Origin: Escherichia coli
Lineage (GTDB): Bacteria; Pseudomonadota; Gammaproteobacteria; Enterobacterales; Enterobacteriaceae
Direction: 5' to 3' (one strand)
NCBI RefSeq assembly: GCF_003334765.1
Contig: NZ_QOWT01000007.1
DNA: 64,000 nucleotides
The position numbers were made by a program, and so were the translations under genes. A model generated the notes under the pieces. The model searched no databases. It was not told where the DNA came from and was given only the letters and a program-made list of their open reading frames with translations. Of the stretch, positions 61,195-64,000 are shown one piece after another; position 1 is the stretch's first letter, and every line of letters begins with the position of its first letter.

Positions 61195-62514
61195 ATGTTG
61201 CCGTTTCTGAAAGCGCCTGCCGATGCGCCATTAATGACTGATAAATATGAAATTGATGCCCGCTATCGCTACTGGCGTCGGCATATTCTGCTGACCATCT
61301 GGCTGGGTTACGCGCTGTTTTACTTCACGCGGAAAAGTTTTAACGCCGCCGTACCAGAAATCCTTGCTAACGGCGTGCTCAGCCGTAGCGATATCGGCCT
61401 GTTAGCGACCCTGTTTTACATTACCTATGGCGTGTCGAAGTTTGTCTCCGGCATTGTCAGCGATCGCTCAAATGCCCGTTATTTTATGGGGATAGGGCTT
61501 ATCGCCACGGGCATTATCAACATTCTGTTTGGCTTCTCGACGTCGCTATGGGCGTTTGCCGTGCTCTGGGTGCTGAACGCCTTTTTCCAGGGCTGGGGTT
61601 CACCGGTGTGTGCGCGTCTGTTAACGGCCTGGTATTCACGTACCGAGCGCGGCGGTTGGTGGGCATTATGGAACACGGCGCATAACGTCGGCGGCGCACT
61701 CATTCCCATTGTGATGGCAGCGGCTGCGCTGCATTACGGCTGGCGTGCCGGGATGATGATTGCTGGTTGTATGGCGATAGTCGTGGGGATTTTTCTCTGC
61801 TGGCGGCTACGCGATCGCCCGCAGGCGTTAGGTTTACCGGCGGTCGGTGAATGGCGACACGACGCGCTGGAAATTGCTCAACAACAAGAAGGGGCAGGGT
61901 TGACGCGTAAAGAGATCCTCACCAAATATGTGTTGCTGAATCCGTATATCTGGCTGCTTTCGTTTTGCTATGTGCTGGTCTATGTGGTCCGGGCGGCGAT
62001 CAACGACTGGGGCAATTTGTATATGTCCGAGACACTGGGCGTCGATCTGGTCACGGCGAATACGGCAGTGACGATGTTTGAACTGGGCGGATTTATCGGT
62101 GCGCTGGTAGCCGGTTGGGGCTCGGACAAATTGTTTAACGGCAACCGAGGGCCGATGAATTTGATTTTCGCCGCCGGAATTTTGCTTTCAGTCGGCTCCC
62201 TGTGGCTGATGCCATTTGCCAGCTACGTGATGCAGGCAACCTGCTTCTTCACCATTGGTTTTTTTGTCTTTGGCCCACAGATGTTAATCGGTATGGCGGC
62301 GGCAGAGTGTTCCCACAAAGAGGCGGCAGGGGCGGCGACGGGGTTTGTCGGCTTGTTTGCTTATCTGGGGGCGTCGCTTGCTGGTTGGCCGCTGGCGAAA
62401 GTACTCGATACCTGGCACTGGAGCGGATTTTTTGTGGTTATCTCTATCGCCGCCGGGATTTCCGCACTGCTGTTACTGCCCTTTTTGAACGCCCAGACAC
62501 CGCGCGAAGCGTGA
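61195..62514 (+). CDS. uhpC: MFS-type glucose-6-phosphate sensor protein UhpC
   Basis: 439-aa product MLPFLKAPADAPLMTDKYEID...; paralogous to uhpT. Confidence 0.88.
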   Translation: MLPFLKAPADAPLMTDKYEIDARYRYWRRHILLTIWLGYALFYFTRKSFNAAVPEILANGVLSRSDIGLLATLFYITYGVSKFVSGIVSDRSNARYFMGIGLIATGIINILFGFSTSLWAFAVLWVLNAFFQGWGSPVCARLLTAWYSRTERGGWWALWNTAHNVGGALIPIVMAAAALHYGWRAGMMIAGCMAIVVGIFLCWRLRDRPQALGLPAVGEWRHDALEIAQQQEGAGLTRKEILTKYVLLNPYIWLLSFCYVLVYVVRAAINDWGNLYMSETLGVDLVTANTAVTMFELGGFIGALVAGWGSDKLFNGNRGPMNLIFAAGILLSVGSLWLMPFASYVMQATCFFTIGFFVFGPQMLIGMAAAECSHKEAAGAATGFVGLFAYLGASLAGWPLAKVLDTWHWSGFFVVISIAAGISALLLLPFLNAQTPREA

Positions 62515-62538
62515 TGCATCTCACCTTTTCACTTCATA

Positions 62539-62574
62539 TCCGGCAAAACTAAGAAATTTTCCAGGTTTTGCCTG
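62539..62574. promoter_or_regulatory. candidate UhpA-binding inverted repeat in uhpT promoter
   Basis: ggcaaaac (62541-62548) / gttttgcc (62564-71) inverted repeat about 35-70 bp upstream of candidate -10 tacaat at 62609-62614. Confidence 0.5.
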
Positions 62575-62651
62575 GACGCTATCTCAGGCCTGATTTGCTG
62601 CTGATTTTTACAATGCATGCCTCACGCAGGTATTCATTTCAGGAGTAACCC

Positions 62652-64000
62652 ATGCTGGCTTTCTTAAACCAGGTTCGCAAGCCGACCCTGGACCTTCCGC
62701 TCGAAGTGCGGCGCAAAATGTGGTTCAAACCGTTCATGCAATCCTACCTGGTGGTCTTTATCGGCTACCTGACGATGTACCTGATTCGCAAGAACTTTAA
62801 CATCGCGCAGAACGATATGATTTCGACCTACGGGTTGAGCATGACGCAGCTGGGGATGATCGGCCTGGGTTTCTCCATCACTTATGGCGTGGGTAAAACG
62901 CTGGTTTCCTACTACGCCGACGGCAAAAACACCAAACAATTCCTGCCGTTCATGCTGATCCTCTCTGCTATTTGTATGCTGGGCTTCAGTGCCAGTATGG
63001 GCAGCGGCTCGGTTAGCCTGTTCCTGATGATTGCCTTCTACGCCTTAAGCGGCTTTTTCCAGAGTACCGGCGGTTCGTGCAGTTACTCCACCATCACCAA
63101 ATGGACGCCGCGTCGTAAACGCGGGACATTCCTCGGTTTCTGGAATATTTCTCACAACCTTGGCGGTGCAGGCGCAGCAGGTGTGGCGCTGTTCGGGGCA
63201 AATTACCTGTTCGATGGCCATGTCATCGGCATGTTTATCTTCCCGTCGATTATCGCGCTGATTGTCGGTTTTATCGGCCTGCGTTACGGCAGCGACTCCC
63301 CGGAATCTTATGGCCTCGGCAAAGCTGAAGAACTGTTCGGCGAGGAGATCAGCGAAGAGGACAAAGAGACAGAATCTACCGATATGACCAAGTGGCAGAT
63401 CTTTGTTGAGTATGTGCTGAAAAACAAAGTGATCTGGCTGCTGTGCTTCGCCAACATTTTCCTCTATGTGGTACGTATTGGTATCGACCAGTGGTCAACC
63501 GTATACGCGTTCCAGGAACTGAAACTCTCTAAAGCGGTGGCGATTCAGGGCTTTACGCTGTTTGAAGCTGGTGCGCTGGTCGGTACGCTGCTGTGGGGCT
63601 GGCTCTCTGACCTGGCGAACGGTCGCCGTGGCCTGGTGGCCTGCATCGCGCTGGCGCTGATTATCGCCACGCTCGGTGTGTATCAACATGCCAGTAACGA
63701 ATATATCTATCTGGCTTCTCTCTTTGCGTTGGGTTTCCTGGTCTTTGGCCCGCAATTGTTGATTGGTGTGGCTGCTGTTGGCTTTGTACCTAAAAAAGCG
63801 ATTGGCGCTGCCGATGGTATTAAAGGCACCTTTGCTTACCTGATTGGTGACAGCTTTGCCAAGTTAGGTCTGGGAATGATTGCCGATGGGACGCCGGTAT
63901 TCGGCCTTACCGGCTGGGCAGGCACCTTCGCCGCGCTGGATATCGCCGCGATTGGTTGTATCTGCCTGATGGCGATAGTGGCGGTAATGGAAGAACGCAA
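62652..64000 (+). CDS. uhpT: hexose-6-phosphate:phosphate antiporter UhpT, N-terminal ~449 codons (3' end outside window)
   Basis: ATG at 62652 after RBS aggagt; open frame [25 protein letters not shown]... runs to window end; not in ORF track because no stop in window. Confidence 0.93.

Overview
This 64-kb window reads as contiguous Escherichia coli K-12-type core chromosome from the origin-proximal region. In order: pstC (partial)-pstA-pstB-phoU, the cryptic bglGFBH operon with yieL/yieK, cbrC-cbrB-yieH, adeP, chrR-yieE-yidZ-mdtL, tnaC-tnaA-tnaB, mnmE-yidC-yidD-rnpA-rpmH, dnaA-dnaN-recF-gyrB, yidB-yidA-yidX, dgoRKADT, cbrA-yidR-yidQ, ibpAB, yidE-yidP, glvC-glvG (pseudogene), the yidLKJIHGF cluster, emrD, the tisB/istR toxin-antitoxin locus, ivbL-ilvBN and uhpABC-uhpT (partial). 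dnaA is on the + strand, so the window is the reverse complement of the usual reference orientation. Gene identities are recognised from the translated ORFs and gene order; no database search was run. I found no rRNA, tRNA, IS element, prophage, integron or CRISPR signal, and no gene out of place relative to the known K-12 order, so I do not see evidence for an inserted, previously undescribed system. The most informative observations are features too small for the ORF track (tisB with its IstR sRNA and LexA box, tnaC, ivbL, rpmH, the bgl RAT/terminator elements) and two decayed loci: glvG (internal deletion plus frameshift) and the yidK-yidJ junction, where the sulfatase gene has lost its 5' end and the symporter ORF reads out of frame into it.
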